DNA of 64,000 nucleotides from Octopus vulgaris (taxonomy: Eukaryota), in the NCBI GenBank assembly GCA_951406725.2, contig OX597834.1, positions 24,428,001 to 24,492,000 of the forward strand, read 5' to 3'. A program made the position numbers and the translations under genes. Positions 1-11,599 of this stretch are shown here, piece after piece (the first letter of the stretch is position 1; every line of letters starts with the position of its first letter). The notes beneath the pieces are model-generated. The model had not been told where the DNA came from and did no database searches. It saw nothing but the letters and a program-made list of their open reading frames with translations.

Positions 1-83
1 ATAGATGTTGCCATAAACATTATTTCTCAGAATAGTTACTATTTTCATCTCTTATTGAGATTTTCTTACTAGCTACTTTGCTT

Positions 84-88
<5 letters not shown>

Positions 89-159
<71 letters not shown>

Positions 160-441
160 TGTATGTATGTATGTATGTATGTATGTACGTACATACATAT
201 ACATATATATTTACTCTTGACTCTTTTACTCTTTTACTTGTTTCAGTCATTTGACTGCGGCCATGCTGGAGCACCACCTTTACTCGAGCAACTCGACCCC
301 GGGACTTATTCTTTGTAAGCCCAGTACTTATTCTATCGGTCTCTTTTGCCGAACCGCTAGGTGACGCATATATATATATATATATACATACATACATACA
401 TACATATATATATATATATGTATATATACATACATACATAC

Positions 442-472
<31 letters not shown>

Positions 473-507
473 CATACATACATATATATATATATATGTA
501 TATATAC

Positions 508-552
<45 letters not shown>

Positions 553-604
553 CATATATATATGTATATATACATACATATATATATATATATATTATAT
601 ATAC

Positions 605-647
<43 letters not shown>

Positions 648-798
648 CATACATATATATATATGTATATATACATACATACATATATATATATGTATAT
701 ATACATACATACATACATATATATATATATACATACATACATACATATATGTATGTATATATACATACATACATACATACATACATACATACATAGAC

Positions 799-845
<47 letters not shown>

Positions 846-919
846 TATATATACATACATACATATATGTATATATGTATATATATATATACATACATAT
901 ACATATATATATATGTATG

Positions 920-952
<33 letters not shown>

Positions 953-1129
953 ATATATGTATATATATACACATACATATACATACATATATATATGTAT
1001 GTATATATATACATACACACACATATATATATATATGTATGTATATATACATATATGTATGTATATATATATATGTATGTATATATACATATATGTATGT
1101 ATATATACATATATGTGTATATATATATG

Positions 1130-1195
<66 letters not shown>

Positions 1196-1205
1196 CACAC
1201 ACACA
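89..1205. repeat. Compound (TA)n/(TATG)n/(TACA)n microsatellite field
   Basis: Directly visible; it explains the Y/I/H/T-rich ORFs. Similar fields occur at about 37500-37830, 41650-42110, 43200-43560, 46630-46770, 57000-57850 and 61200-64000. Confidence 0.97.
213..365 (-). mobile_element. SINE family A, 3' part
   Basis: Reverse complement of the 3' half of the full copy at 58220-58620 (…gctccagcatggccgcagtcaaatgactgaaacaagtaaaagagtaaaagag). Confidence 0.8.
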
Positions 1206-1274
1206 ATATTAAATCGCTGTGTGAGAAGTAACAAACGGTCGCTGATGTGTGTGTGTATGTCTGTATGGAGGCGT

Positions 1275-1318
<44 letters not shown>

Positions 1319-1830
1319 TCATCAATAGATCGATAGAAGGAGAGACTTCTTGATTGGATAGTCGTCCAACCTTCCCGACTCTATTTTCTTATCTTCTGAA
1401 ATCCCTGACCACATCCCTTCTTCTTAACACCCTGTCTTTGTTTCTCTCTGTCTCTCTGTCTCTCTCTCTCACTCTCTCCCCTTACACCTACCTCGCTCTC
1501 CTTATCTAACCATTCTTAGTCTATTGGATTGGTAATTCCTTTGGTGTGCGATTGGAATATTGTCAAATTGGTCAACGTTTGTGCGTTTGTGTGTATGTGT
1601 GTGTATGCGTGTGGGGTGTGTGCGTGGCGTGTGTGTGTGTGAGTGTCTGTAAGAGAGAGTAGGTGTTAGGAGGGAAGAAGCAGTGAGAGATGATGGGAGG
1701 AAGGAAGGGGAAGGGAACGCGGAAGGAAGAAAGGGCGGAATTAAGGGACAAATGGGAGCAGCACTGGAGTGTGAACGTGAAGCGTTCCGTTCATTGATTC
1801 TGTTCTTTGACAATGAAAGAAATCGAGGGC

Positions 1831-1888
<58 letters not shown>

Positions 1889-2470
1889 ACGGAGTGAGAG
1901 ACAGAGGGAGAGAGAGATGTAGGGTTGGGGTGGAATGCAGCAAAGAATAATTAATGTTCCGTCACTAATGAATCTAGTTGAACGAAAGAACGAATTTGAC
2001 GAAGTGGGAAGGAAGTAAATGCAAGGTGTTAAGATAGGTGGGACAGGAGGTGGTGGTGGGAGGGAGTGGAATAAATTTTGTGGCCAAACTTAATAATTTG
2101 TCATAGAATATTTGACAGAAACGGCTATAGTTGATTGAAATCGAAGTCACTTGAACTGCTAAAACCAGTAGCCATATCTTTCTCAACTCACAGCTTGTCG
2201 TCTTAGTAAAGAATGATATGGTGCTTGTTGGTTCCATAATGAATTCTTGGATTCTTTGTTACTGGGAAAATACAGGAAGATTATGGCTGGAAGGCGGCGG
2301 CGAGAGAGTAAAAGAAAGAGATAGAGGAAGAGAGAAAGAGAGAGTAAAAGAAAGAGAGAGAGAGCGAGAAAGAGATAGAGGAAGAGAGAAAGAGAGAGTA
2401 AAAGAAAGAGAAAGAGAGAGTAAAAGAAAGAGAAAGAGAGAGTAAAAGAAAGAGAGAGAGAAAGAAAGAG
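1831..2470. repeat. (GA)n and GA-rich repeats (about 1831-1917 and 2300-2470)
   Basis: Directly visible. Confidence 0.85.
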
Positions 2471-2642
2471 TGAGCCTCTGAGCGTGTGTGTGTGTAACTA
2501 CAGTCGAGTGTTAGAATATTCGGGAGTTTATTTGAACACGGTTGTCTTTTGAAACCCATACACACACACACAACAGCTGGTTATACTAGCCATTAAGCAT
2601 ACACGTTTTTCTCCCTTCTCATACTTATGCAGTGAGTGTATG

Positions 2643-2927
2643 TATCGAGTTGGCCAAAAAGTTCGTTCGGTTTTTGTTGATACTAAACTTCAAGCAATCT
2701 GATCAGTTGTTAACTTGAGTCTGTTCTTTGTGCATGTGCACTCGGTAGATATTTGACGCTTCAGCGTAGTTCAACGCCATCTTGCAAATAGACATTCTGT
2801 GCTTGGGATTACCCTGAAAATGGAGAACGAAAACAAATATTAGCGACACCTCGTGCTTTGTTATTTAATAAAAGGCAAGAAGACGGCAGGAACCTGCAGG
2901 AATATACGCGCCATGTAAGGAAAGGAT
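2643..2927 (+). mobile_element. Mariner 5' relic
   Basis: TA followed by TIR-like cgagttggccaaaaagttcgttcg, then a disrupted N-terminus MENENKY*RHLVLCYLIKGKKTAGTCRNIRAM*GKD resembling a mariner HTH. Confidence 0.55.
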
Positions 2928-2929
2928 GG

Positions 2930-3185
2930 TGTTTGCTTGTTGAGCGAAGTGGTCTTCGTCTCAGTGGGCGATGTCCGAAACGTGGTCCTTTGCTATTCGT
3001 AAGACCCGCAGAAGGGAAAGCAGATCAACCCCCGACACCGAGAGCATCGGCGGATGGATGAATGCGCATCTAGGCTCAGCGGTTGCGTAGGAAGTCGGAG
3101 ACAAGAAACAGGAAGAAAGAGTGAGGGAAAGTTGGAGCGAAAGAGTACAACAGGGGTCGCCACCACCTCCTGCCGGAGTCTCGTG
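2930..3185 (-). mobile_element. SINE family C, 5'-truncated
   Basis: Close reverse complement of 6205-6460. Confidence 0.85.
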
Positions 3186-3945
3186 GTTATACAGCTATTT
3201 TGTCTAATAGCATTCTTTAAATTCAATAAATGTTTTTACATTACGTATATAGAATAAATAGTGGGTTTTGTAAATAGCGAATTAAAACTTGAAATGAATA
3301 TATATTAAATTATCATTAACGACAATAGAGGTGAGAGTGAGAGACTGTTGCAAATGAAAGCAGAAAATTTAGCCTGTAACGAATCAATATTGTTTATTAA
3401 ACTTTAAAATCTACTCCGCAGTGAATGCAACGAATATTTAAATGTGTGAAAAACTTTTAGTTCAAATATTCAATAAACTTCAAAAATCAAAATTGTAGGA
3501 AATATCTTGGTAAATTCCAGACGGTCAAGCCTTTAATAATTGCTTTCTTTTAGTAACTATTACATACCTAATTAATAAACAGCTATCTCTATTATGATAT
3601 AGATATAAACGCAGTACATACATACATATGTATCAGTGACTTTTCCGGCATGCATGCAAGGCATGTAATGTATATGTAAGATATGTAAATGAATGTCTAT
3701 AATAAATCAGATTTTAATGTTAATCTTTCATATTTACGAGCTACAGCGGGAAAGAAAGTAGATTCTGATAGACCTTACTTCATTTATATATGTGTGCGCG
3801 CCTGTGCAAACACACGCACAGATGTAAGTTAAAGTTAGGAACTTTTATTATTTTTTTTATTACACACGTCTTAAGGCTTACATCTTTATTTTTCCAGCAC
3901 CGTGCAGTGCCACTATGAATTAAACACCCACACACACACACATAT

Positions 3946-4085
3946 ATAGGCGCAGGTGTGACGGCGTAGTAAGAAGCTTGGTTCCCAACCACAACTGTGT
4001 TGCAGCTTGAGCGAGTGTCTTCTACTATAGCCTTAAGCCGACCAAAGCCCTGTGAATGGATTTAGTTCTGAAATAAGACTGTCGT
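3946..4085 (+). mobile_element. SINE family A, tRNA-like head
   Basis: taggcgcaggtgtgacggcgtagtaagaagcttggttcccaaccac…gccgaccaaagccctgtgaatggattt matches the other family A heads. Confidence 0.75.
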
Positions 4086-4111
4086 GTATGTATGTATATA
4101 CTGTATGTGTG

Positions 4112-4182
<71 letters not shown>

Positions 4183-4185
4183 ATA

Positions 4186-4525
4186 GTGAAGGCGCAAGGC
4201 TCAGTAGTTAGAACGTCGAGCTTACGATCGTGAGATTGTGAGTTCGAATCCCGGACCAGGCTGCGTGTTGTGTTCTTGAGAAAGACACTTTATTTCAAGT
4301 TGCTTCAGTTCACTCAGCTGTAGAAATGAGTTGCGACGTCACAGGTGCCAAGCTGTATCGGCCCCTTTGCTTTTCCCTTGGATAACATTGGTGGAGTGGA
4401 GAAGGGAGGCCGCTATGCACGGGCGACTGCTGGTCTTCCATAAAACAACCTTGCCTGGACTTGTGCCTGAGAGGGTAACTTTCTAGGTGTAATCCCATGG
4501 TCAGTCGTGACCGAAGTGGGTCTCA
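4186..4525 (+). mobile_element. tRNA-derived SINE family D
   Basis: A-box-like ggctcagtagttag and B-box gttcgaatccc, then a gtgttcttgag(c)aagacactt core; a related copy lies at about 36545-36815. Confidence 0.75.
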
Positions 4526-4542
4526 GCATATATATATATATA

Positions 4543-5009
4543 TTGAACGGTTTTTCCCGGAAGGGGAAGGCAGTTTTCATTTGTCTGGTGGGTGTAGCGA
4601 AAGAAGTAGTATGGTGAATCCTCTTTGGCAAGGCCTCAACCTTTTCAAGTTGAGGAAGGTGAGGGTAGAAAGGGAAGTGTTGTCTTCTAGCAAATTTTCT
4701 GAAAGGTGAGTGAATGTCGGGAAAATGGCCAGTATGGATGGACCAATTTTTAGATTACACCTGTAAAGAAGGTATAAAAGGAGAAAGGGCTTTTACCCTG
4801 TTGACCAGGCACCCGTGGCTTTTATGTTTTTTTTTCCATGAGTAACCTTTAGAGCACCTCCCTCTATTGGGAGTTTTTACTTGTTATATTATTTTTGTTA
4901 TCAAATGTTTACACAGTTGTGTTTTTTTTTGCAAAACCCTTTCTATATCGTCTTGTGTCGTCCTTTAATGTTTTGATTTACATTAGCCCTTGTGGCCAAT
5001 AAAAAGAAT
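4543..5009 (+). mobile_element. 3' end of an L1/Tx1-type LINE (ORF2 C-terminus plus 3'UTR)
   Basis: Frameshifted peptides KAVFICLVGVAKEVVW* and LRKVRVEREVLSSSKFSER*VNVGKMASM resemble Tx1/L1 ORF2 ends. T-rich UTR ending agcccttgtggccaataaaaagaa. Confidence 0.65.
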
Positions 5010-5313
5010 TAATTTATATAATTATTTTAATCTGCGCATTTCTGAGAATGACTTCTATCTTTCAAACTTTATACTCTATTTCTTTTGTATTCTTGTTTTC
5101 GACGGTGATCTTTTCCATGAATGTAAATATTTTCTCAAATAAACATGCACTTCATTTTAAAAACTCTGAGGAAGGTACAATAAGGTGACGCACAAGCATT
5201 CTACCCTGACTACCGATGTCTCATAGCAGAAACAGCTATAACCTAATGAATTTGATAATGAAATTTCTATTCCCTTGTCATCTGTTTAATTTCTTGATGT
5301 AAGATATAGATTG

Positions 5314-5543
5314 GGCGGCGAGCTGGCAGAAACGTTAGCGCGCCGGGCGAAATGTTTAGCGGTGTTTCGTCTGCCGCTACGTTCTGAGTTCAAATTCCGC
5401 CGAGGTCGACTTTACTTTTCATCCTTTCGGGGTCGATAAAGTACCAGTTTCGCACTGGGGTCGATGTAATCGACTTAATCCCTTTAATCCCTTTATCCTT
5501 GTTTGTCCCCTCTATGTTTAGCCCCTGTGGGTAGTAAAGAAAT
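5314..5543 (+). mobile_element. tRNA-derived SINE family B
   Basis: ggcggcgagctggcagaaacgttagc…gagttcaaattcc…gtcccctctatgtttagcccctgtgggtagtaaagaaat; flanked by a near-TSD taagatataga/taagctataga. Confidence 0.9.
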
Positions 5544-6112
5544 ATATAAGCTATAGATACATACATTGATTGATAGTCATATACACGTACATACGCACGC
5601 GCGCGCGCGTGTGTGTATGCATGTAAATATACAACGATTTCAACACAGAATTATCGATACTAATCAATTACCAATATTGGTATCGATATTTAGAAGTCTT
5701 TTGATTGAATAGCACTTAAAGAATTCCTACTCCATTAGTGAGAAAATTAAGTTTTAGCAAAACTTCTCCAGAGTCCTTCACTTAATTAAATTTATGGTTT
5801 TGTGAAGCGAAATTGTAAACGTTGTCTAGATACAGACTTGTCTCTAATGTCTTGGACCAATCGTTCAATCTATTGTTGTGTGAACCGTAATTTAAATGAT
5901 GTCTAGAAGTGAGCAAATTCTTCTGACGTCTTAGTACATAAAGTTTGTTCTGGTGGTCTTAAACAGTAATTTAAACGATGCTTTGAAACGACAATAGATC
6001 TTGCAGAATATCTATAGAGAAAATAGTCGTATTATCAGGATGGAGTAACGTCCACATACTTCGTGATTCAGCAATCTGTAATACCAATCATAACAAGACA
6101 ACAACAACAACA

Positions 6113-6460
6113 GTGGAAGCCCAATGGTTAGGGCAGCGGATTCGCGGTTTCGATTCCCAGACCGGGCGTTGTGTGTGTTTATTGAGCGAAAACACCTAAA
6201 GCTCCACGAGACTCCGGCAGGAGGTGGTGGCGACCCCTGTTGTACTCTTTCGCTCCAACTTTCCCTCACTCTTTCTTCCTGTTTCTTGTCTCCGACTTCC
6301 AACGCAACCGCTGAGCCTAGATGCGCATTCATCCATCCGCCGATGCTCTCGGTGTCGGGGGTTGATCTGCTTTCCCTTCTGCGGGTCTTATGAATAGCAA
6401 AGGACCACGTTTCGGACTTCGCCCACTGGGACGAAGACCACTTCGCTCAACAAACAAACA
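6113..6460 (+). mobile_element. tRNA-derived SINE family C
   Basis: tRNA-like head (tggttagggcagcgga…tttcgattccc) and a (caaa)n tail; second copy at 2930-3185. Confidence 0.85.
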
Positions 6461-6727
6461 GCAACAATAATAGTAATAGCAACGGTAGCATAAGAATATT
6501 GTGAATTAGGAATTGTTTCTTCGCCTATTTACAGAATTTCGGAACCACAAACTTATATATCTCTTAAGTATGTATTTTAAACTTGAGACTACTAGAAACA
6601 CGTATTCGTGTCCAAATATATATACATCTCTTATCATTTTTTTTTTATTAGACTGTGGCCAAGCTGGGGAACTGCTTTGAAGAATTTTAGTCGAACAAAG
6701 CGACCCTACTACTTATTTATATTTTAA

Positions 6728-6930
6728 GGTGGCGAGCTGGCAGAAACGTTAGCACGTCGGGTGATACGCTTACCGCTTTTCGTCTGCCGTTACATTGTGA
6801 GATCAAATTCCGCCGAGGTCGACTTTGCCTTTCACCTTTTCGGGGTCGATTAAATAAGTACCAGTTACGCATTGGAGTTGATGTAATCGACTTAATCCCT
6901 TGTTTAGCACCTTATGGGCAATAAAGAAAT
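6728..6930 (+). mobile_element. SINE family B inserted into the family A SINE
   Basis: Same head and tail as 5314-5543; flanks tatattttaag/tatatttttaag resemble a TSD. Confidence 0.85.
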
Positions 6931-7097
6931 ATATATTTTAAGCCTTCAATCGGTGTCTTTTTGCCGAACCGTTAATTTACTGGGACGTAAACACACAGCA
7001 CAAGTTGTCAAGCGGTAGTGGGTGACTAAGACAAACGAACACACACTTACACATACACACGTCCATGTATATATATATATATATATATATACATACA

Positions 7098-7632
7098 CAG
7101 GGTGTCCCAAAAAATGTATACACAGACTGCAACAGTCTGTCATGCCAAGCATTAGAGAGGACTTTGAACAGGAAGAGTTTTATTTCCAGCAAGACGGGGC
7201 ACCTCCACACTACCATCGCGATGTTAGATCCTTTCTTGATGGGATCTTGCCAAACAGGTGGATTGGACGGAGAGGTTTTGTCGAATACCCTCCACGTTCA
7301 GCAGACCTCACACCACTAGACTTCTTTTTATGGGGATACCTAAAGGACAAAGTCTACGCACAGAAACCTGCAACAGTCGTTCAATTGAGGGCAACCATTG
7401 AACATGAACGTACGAATATCCCAAGGGAATTGTTCCATGATGTGTGCCATTCCATCGCTTTGCGTTGTCAGCAGTGTCTGGAGCAGAACGGACATCAGTT
7501 TGAGAACATGCGATAACAAGACAATAGAATGCTATTTGTAAATTCTTTTACATGTTGAAAATTATTCGAATTATAATAAACCCCAAATTTACAATTATTT
7601 AAGGTGTGTATACATTTTTTTGGGACACCCTG
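7098..7632 (+). mobile_element. Internally deleted Tc1/mariner element, DD41D (rosa-type) spacing
   Basis: TIRs cagggtgtcccaaaaaatgtatacac (7098-7123) and gtgtatacatttttttgggacaccctg (7606-7632), with TA at the right end. The transposase C-terminus FQQDGAPPH…PPRSADLTPLDFFLWG has 41 aa between the 2nd and 3rd catalytic D. Confidence 0.9.
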
Positions 7633-7699
7633 TATATATATATATGCACGCATACACACATAAATACATATATACGAACTCTCTTTTATACACATACAC

Positions 7700-7944
7700 G
7701 TAGACTCACATTCACATCGCCGCCCACCTTCTGAGCCAAGTCCAGCTCCCTTCACTTCATCTCGGTGACTTCAGCACAACTCCTTGTCTTCAACACTCCG
7801 TTCATCTTTATGACCGCCCTTACCAGCTCCTCCTCCGACGATGACAACTCAGACCCGTTAAGGTCTGAATACATCATCTAAGCAACACAAAAAACTACGC
7901 CCGACTCTTACAAAATCCAGACAACAATAACCCGACGCATGCGC
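7700..7944 (-). mobile_element. ORF1-only retroelement, unit 3 (5' part only)
   Basis: Starts GCGCATGCGTCG after the 15-bp target duplication and encodes MYSDLNGSELSSSEEELVRAV… (ATG 7874), homologous to units 1 and 2. Confidence 0.8.
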
Positions 7945-7959
7945 GGAAGCAAGCTTCTT

Positions 7960-9415
7960 TATTTCAATTATTTTGCCATAAAGGCATTACACAGAGGGGA
8001 CACTACAAAAACATGTGGGGACATATAACAATTAAGAATATGTAAAAATAAAATGATACTGTGAGTGACATGAAAATGAACATGAGAAAATAAATTAAGT
8101 TTATGATAACATGCATGATATCTGAAAATGAAAATATGAAGAGTGTGCTACTCACCCCACACTGAGTAACACCACTCGCTGCCTTTGAGTCCGAATTCGT
8201 CTTTAGTCTCTGGTCTAGTCCTTCTATTTCCACTCTCACTATCGCAACATTCTTTCGCAACCTTTTTCACTGGGGGAGGGGTTTTCTAAATTCTGTGGTG
8301 TCTGCTCTTTTTTCTTTTTCTTTTTTTCTTGTGGGGAAAGGGAGTGGGTGGGTCTGAGTGGTCTTAGGTGGGATGGATTTGGACTGGGGTACCATATCAC
8401 ACTCAGTGTTCTTTCTTTTCTTCCTCTTCTTCCTTCTACTCTCTGCTACTATCCATTCTTCCTCCTTTCGTCCGTCTTTCTTTTCATCCTCTTTTTTCTC
8501 CTTCGTCTCCACAACTGGTTCATCTGTTTTTTCCTCTATCCTTTTCTTCTGTAGTGGGCAGTGTGCTCTAATGTGGCCTTTTTGGCCACATTTAAAGCAT
8601 CGCGGGATTCTGCCTTCCACCCATACTCTTAATACTATTTCTCCCATCGTCACCGTTTCCGCCAAATTTTCCAGCTCCCTCGCCTCCGCTTGTATGATTA
8701 TTTCCAGTATTTTTCCTCTGTAGCTTCCTTCCTCTGTCTCTGTGGCTTGGAGGACAGTCACCTCCTCCTCACTTCCAATGAGGACGGCTGCCGCAACCCA
8801 AGCCACTTTTATGTCAGGTGGAATTCCTTCTTCCCTCACCTTAGAATTCTTTCTTCCAAGATAGGAGGGTAGAAGTACTAGTTCCTCAGTTTTTACAGTT
8901 GTACTTGCCAGCCTCTTTGCCTCCTCTTCTGTCCTAAACTGGACAACCACCGTCCCATATCCGCTTCCTTTTGCTATATATCTTACTTCCTTCGAAGAGC
9001 TTTTTCTACTTTTTCCATCTTCATCTGCTCCACCCTCCTACTCTCCACTGAGTGCACCTTGTAGGTAATAGTCTTCTTTTCCATAGTTACCATAACCGTT
9101 TTCGGGGGTAATAACTTTACATCACTTCCCACCTTCTGTGTCATCTTACACAGCTCCTTCAGTTCGGTTAGGTCTACTTCCTTTTTCTTTACCTCTGCCG
9201 CGTCAGCAAAACTTTTTATTCTTTCCAAATGCTCGTCCATTCTGTTTACCGCCTTAACGAGCTCCTCCTCTGATGAGGATAGTTCATACTCGCTAAGGTC
9301 TGAATACATTCTTTTCCACTAGTACAACACTCGCCAACAAACCGCTGGCGAGCAGCTCAAAAGATTCCGTCCGCCTCGTCAAAACTCAACACAGCAAATA
9401 ATTCGACGCATGCGC
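7960..9415 (-). mobile_element. ORF1-only retroelement, unit 2 (1456 bp)
   Basis: Bounded by ggaagcaagcttctt at 7945-7959 and 9416-9430; A-rich 3' tail; no RT. Confidence 0.88.
8267..9309 (-). pseudogene. Frameshifted ORF1/gag-like zinc-knuckle protein (ORFs 8983-9309 and 8267-8950)
   Basis: CFKCGQKGHIRAHC (CX2CX4HX4C); collinear with the unit 1 ORF, with a small frameshifting deletion near 8990. Confidence 0.85.
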
Positions 9416-9430
9416 GGAAGCAAGCTTCTT

Positions 9431-10879
9431 TATTTTATTAAATTTGCCATAAAGGTAATACACAGAGGGGACACTACAACACATGTGGGGACATATAACA
9501 ATTAAAAATAAGATATGATATAATGAATGAACACGAAAATGCACATGAAGAACAAATTAAAATATGATAATATGAATATCTGAAAATGATAATATTAAGA
9601 GTGTGCTACTCACCCCACACTGAGTAACACAACTCGCTGTCTCTGGGTCCTGAGTCCTTTTTGTCTTTTCGTCCAATCCTTTTCCTTTTTCACTGACACT
9701 TAATGATAACATTCTCTCCGTCATGCATTCATAACCTTTTTCACCGGGAGTGGGGGTCTTCTAAATTTTGTGGTGTCTGTTTTTTCTTTTTCTTTTTTTC
9801 TTGAGGGGAAATGGGCTGGGTGGGTTTGGTGTCTGTATGGGGAGGGTGGGTCTGAGAGGTCTTAGGTGGGATGGGGTTGGACTAGGGTGCCACATCATAC
9901 TCAGTGTCTTTTCTTTTTTTCCTCTTTCTCCCATTGCGCTCTGCAATTTTCCATTCTTCCTCTTTTTTATCGTTTCCTCCGTCTATTTTGTCTTCCTCTC
10001 TTTTCTCTTCTGTCTCCGCAACTATATCCTCAGCCGTAGTCCTTCGTAGAGGGCAGTGTGCTCTAATGTGGACCTTTTGGCCACATTTGAAACAACGTGG
10101 TACTCTGCCCTCTACCCACACCCTCAGCACGATTTCCCCCAGCGTCACAGTCTCTGCCAAGTTCTCAAGTTGTCCCTCTTCCGTCTGAATAATTAACTCG
10201 AGCGTTCTTCCTTTCCACCCTCCTTCTTCTGTTTCTGTGGCTTGGAGGACAGTCACCTTCTCCTCGCTTCCAACAAGGACAGCTGCCGCTACCCAAGCCA
10301 CATTTATATCAGGCGGAATTCCTTCTACCCTTATCTTGGAGGTCCTTCTTCCAAGATACATAGGTAGAAGGACCATTTCCTTCGTCTTTACCGTTTTGCT
10401 CGCCAGCCTCCTTGCCTCCTCCTCTGTTCTAAACTGGACTACCATTGTCCCATATTGGTATCCTCTTGTCATGTATATTACTCCGTTGGATTCCTCCTTT
10501 ACTGCCTTTTCTATTTTCTCTATTTCTATTTGGTCGAACTTCTTACTCTTTATCGAGTAAACTTTGTATATGACGGTTCTTCTTTTTATGCCATCCATTA
10601 TTCTTTGTGGGGGTGACAACGTCACGTTGCCGCCCACTTTCTGCACCATTTTCCCATGCTCCTTCATTCTTGATAAATCCACCTCTTTTCTCTTCACCTC
10701 CACAGCCTCTGCGAAACTCTTCGTTTTCCTCAAGTACTCATCCATGCCTTCTACTGCTCTCAGCAGCTCCTCCTCTGAAGAAGACAGCTCAGACCCGCTA
10801 ATGTCTGAGTACATTGTCTTACCGTTGCAACAAAACCGACTCGCACACAAACGACAAACCAAATGCACTATGGGTAACC
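9431..10879 (-). mobile_element. ORF1-only retroelement, unit 1 (1449 bp)
   Basis: Bounded by ggaagcaagcttctt at 9416-9430 and 10880-10894; the latter continues into the SINE A head. Confidence 0.88.
9882..10814 (-). CDS. Non-LTR ORF1-like nucleic-acid-binding protein (RRM-like region plus CCHC knuckle), about 310 aa
   Basis: The ATG of MYSD is conserved in all three units. Contains CFKCGQKVHIRAHC and a K/E-rich tail. The TAG stop corresponds to CAG in unit 2, so it is probably premature. Confidence 0.8.
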   Translation of the reverse strand: MYSDISGSELSSSEEELLRAVEGMDEYLRKTKSFAEAVEVKRKEVDLSRMKEHGKMVQKVGGNVTLSPPQRIMDGIKRRTVIYKVYSIKSKKFDQIEIEKIEKAVKEESNGVIYMTRGYQYGTMVVQFRTEEEARRLASKTVKTKEMVLLPMYLGRRTSKIRVEGIPPDINVAWVAAAVLVGSEEKVTVLQATETEEGGWKGRTLELIIQTEEGQLENLAETVTLGEIVLRVWVEGRVPRCFKCGQKVHIRAHCPLRRTTAEDIVAETEEKREEDKIDGGNDKKEEEWKIAERNGRKRKKRKDTEYDVAP

Positions 10880-10914
10880 GGAAGCAAGCTTCTTACCACA
10901 CAGCCACGCCTGCG

Positions 10915-10955
<41 letters not shown>

Positions 10956-10987
10956 GCAATTATGCGGATAAACAAATTAGATACATA

Positions 10988-11173
10988 CGAATTTTGGGGG
11001 AGGGGGCCAGTCGATTAGATCGACCCAGTACGCAACTGGTACTTAATTTAGCGACCCCAAAAGGATGAAAGGCAAAGTAGACCTCAGTGGAATATGAACT
11101 CAGAACATAATGACAGACGAAATAACTTTTGGCATCTTGCGCGGCGTGCTAACGTTTCTGCCAGCTCGTCGCC
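10988..11173 (-). mobile_element. SINE family B-related, degraded
   Basis: Reverse complement of the B head (cgtgctaacgtttctgccagctcgtcgcc). Confidence 0.75.
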
Positions 11174-11599
11174 TTCATACATCAAATATATTAAATATAT
11201 TAAAAATATCAAATATATTAGTTTGGGTGTGTATACATGCAAAACGAGAGAAAGCAAAAAGTGGAGACTTTCAGATGAAGAATTTTTATGGGTGTTATAA
11301 ATCCAACAGCTGTTTCTGGGGGCTCGGAGATACATAATAATGTTGGTAGATTTAGTTCATCACAGTATTCGGCCGTATGGATGCAATTAACATTGGATAA
11401 GACAAGTCTCCGTCATCAAAGTAGAGAAGATCTTATATTTCACAAGGCTCCGGGGTCAGTTCTACTGAGTGGCACATTGGGCAAGTGTCTTCTGCTATAG
11501 CTACAGGCCGACCAAAACATTGTGAGTGGATTTGGTAGACGGAAACTGAAAGACGCCTATTGTGTGTGAGTCTCTCTCTTTCTCTATCTCTCTCTCTCT

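Larger units (their letters stand above)
6630..10917 (-). mobile_element. One family A SINE split by nested insertions (head 10880-10917; 3' parts 6630-6727 and 6935-7070)
   Basis: The pieces are collinear with the intact copy at 58220-58620. The segment just after the head appears deleted near 7700. Confidence 0.6.

Noticed and set aside
20-1328. Long Y/I/H/T/C/V-rich ORFs here and at 13245-13835, 37254-38070, 41571-41968, 46440-46970, 48571-49857, 57092-58021 and 60248-63901
   Set aside because: They are translations of stop-poor microsatellites, open in several frames at once.
5160-5245. CTGAGGA…GAAACAGCTAT hammerhead-like halves (also about 45745-45775 and 19298-19310)
   Set aside because: Helices I and II do not pair; at best heavily decayed remnants.
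8267-10868. Zinc-knuckle ORFs as host CNBP-like genes or LTR-retrotransposon gag
   Set aside because: TSDs of 15-17 bp, A-rich tails and no LTR, PBS or pol point to non-LTR ORF1.
7945-10894. Regularly spaced identical 15-mers as a CRISPR-like array or LTRs
   Set aside because: Eukaryotic context; the intervening sequences are homologous 1.45-kb coding elements, and the repeat is a SINE-derived target duplication.
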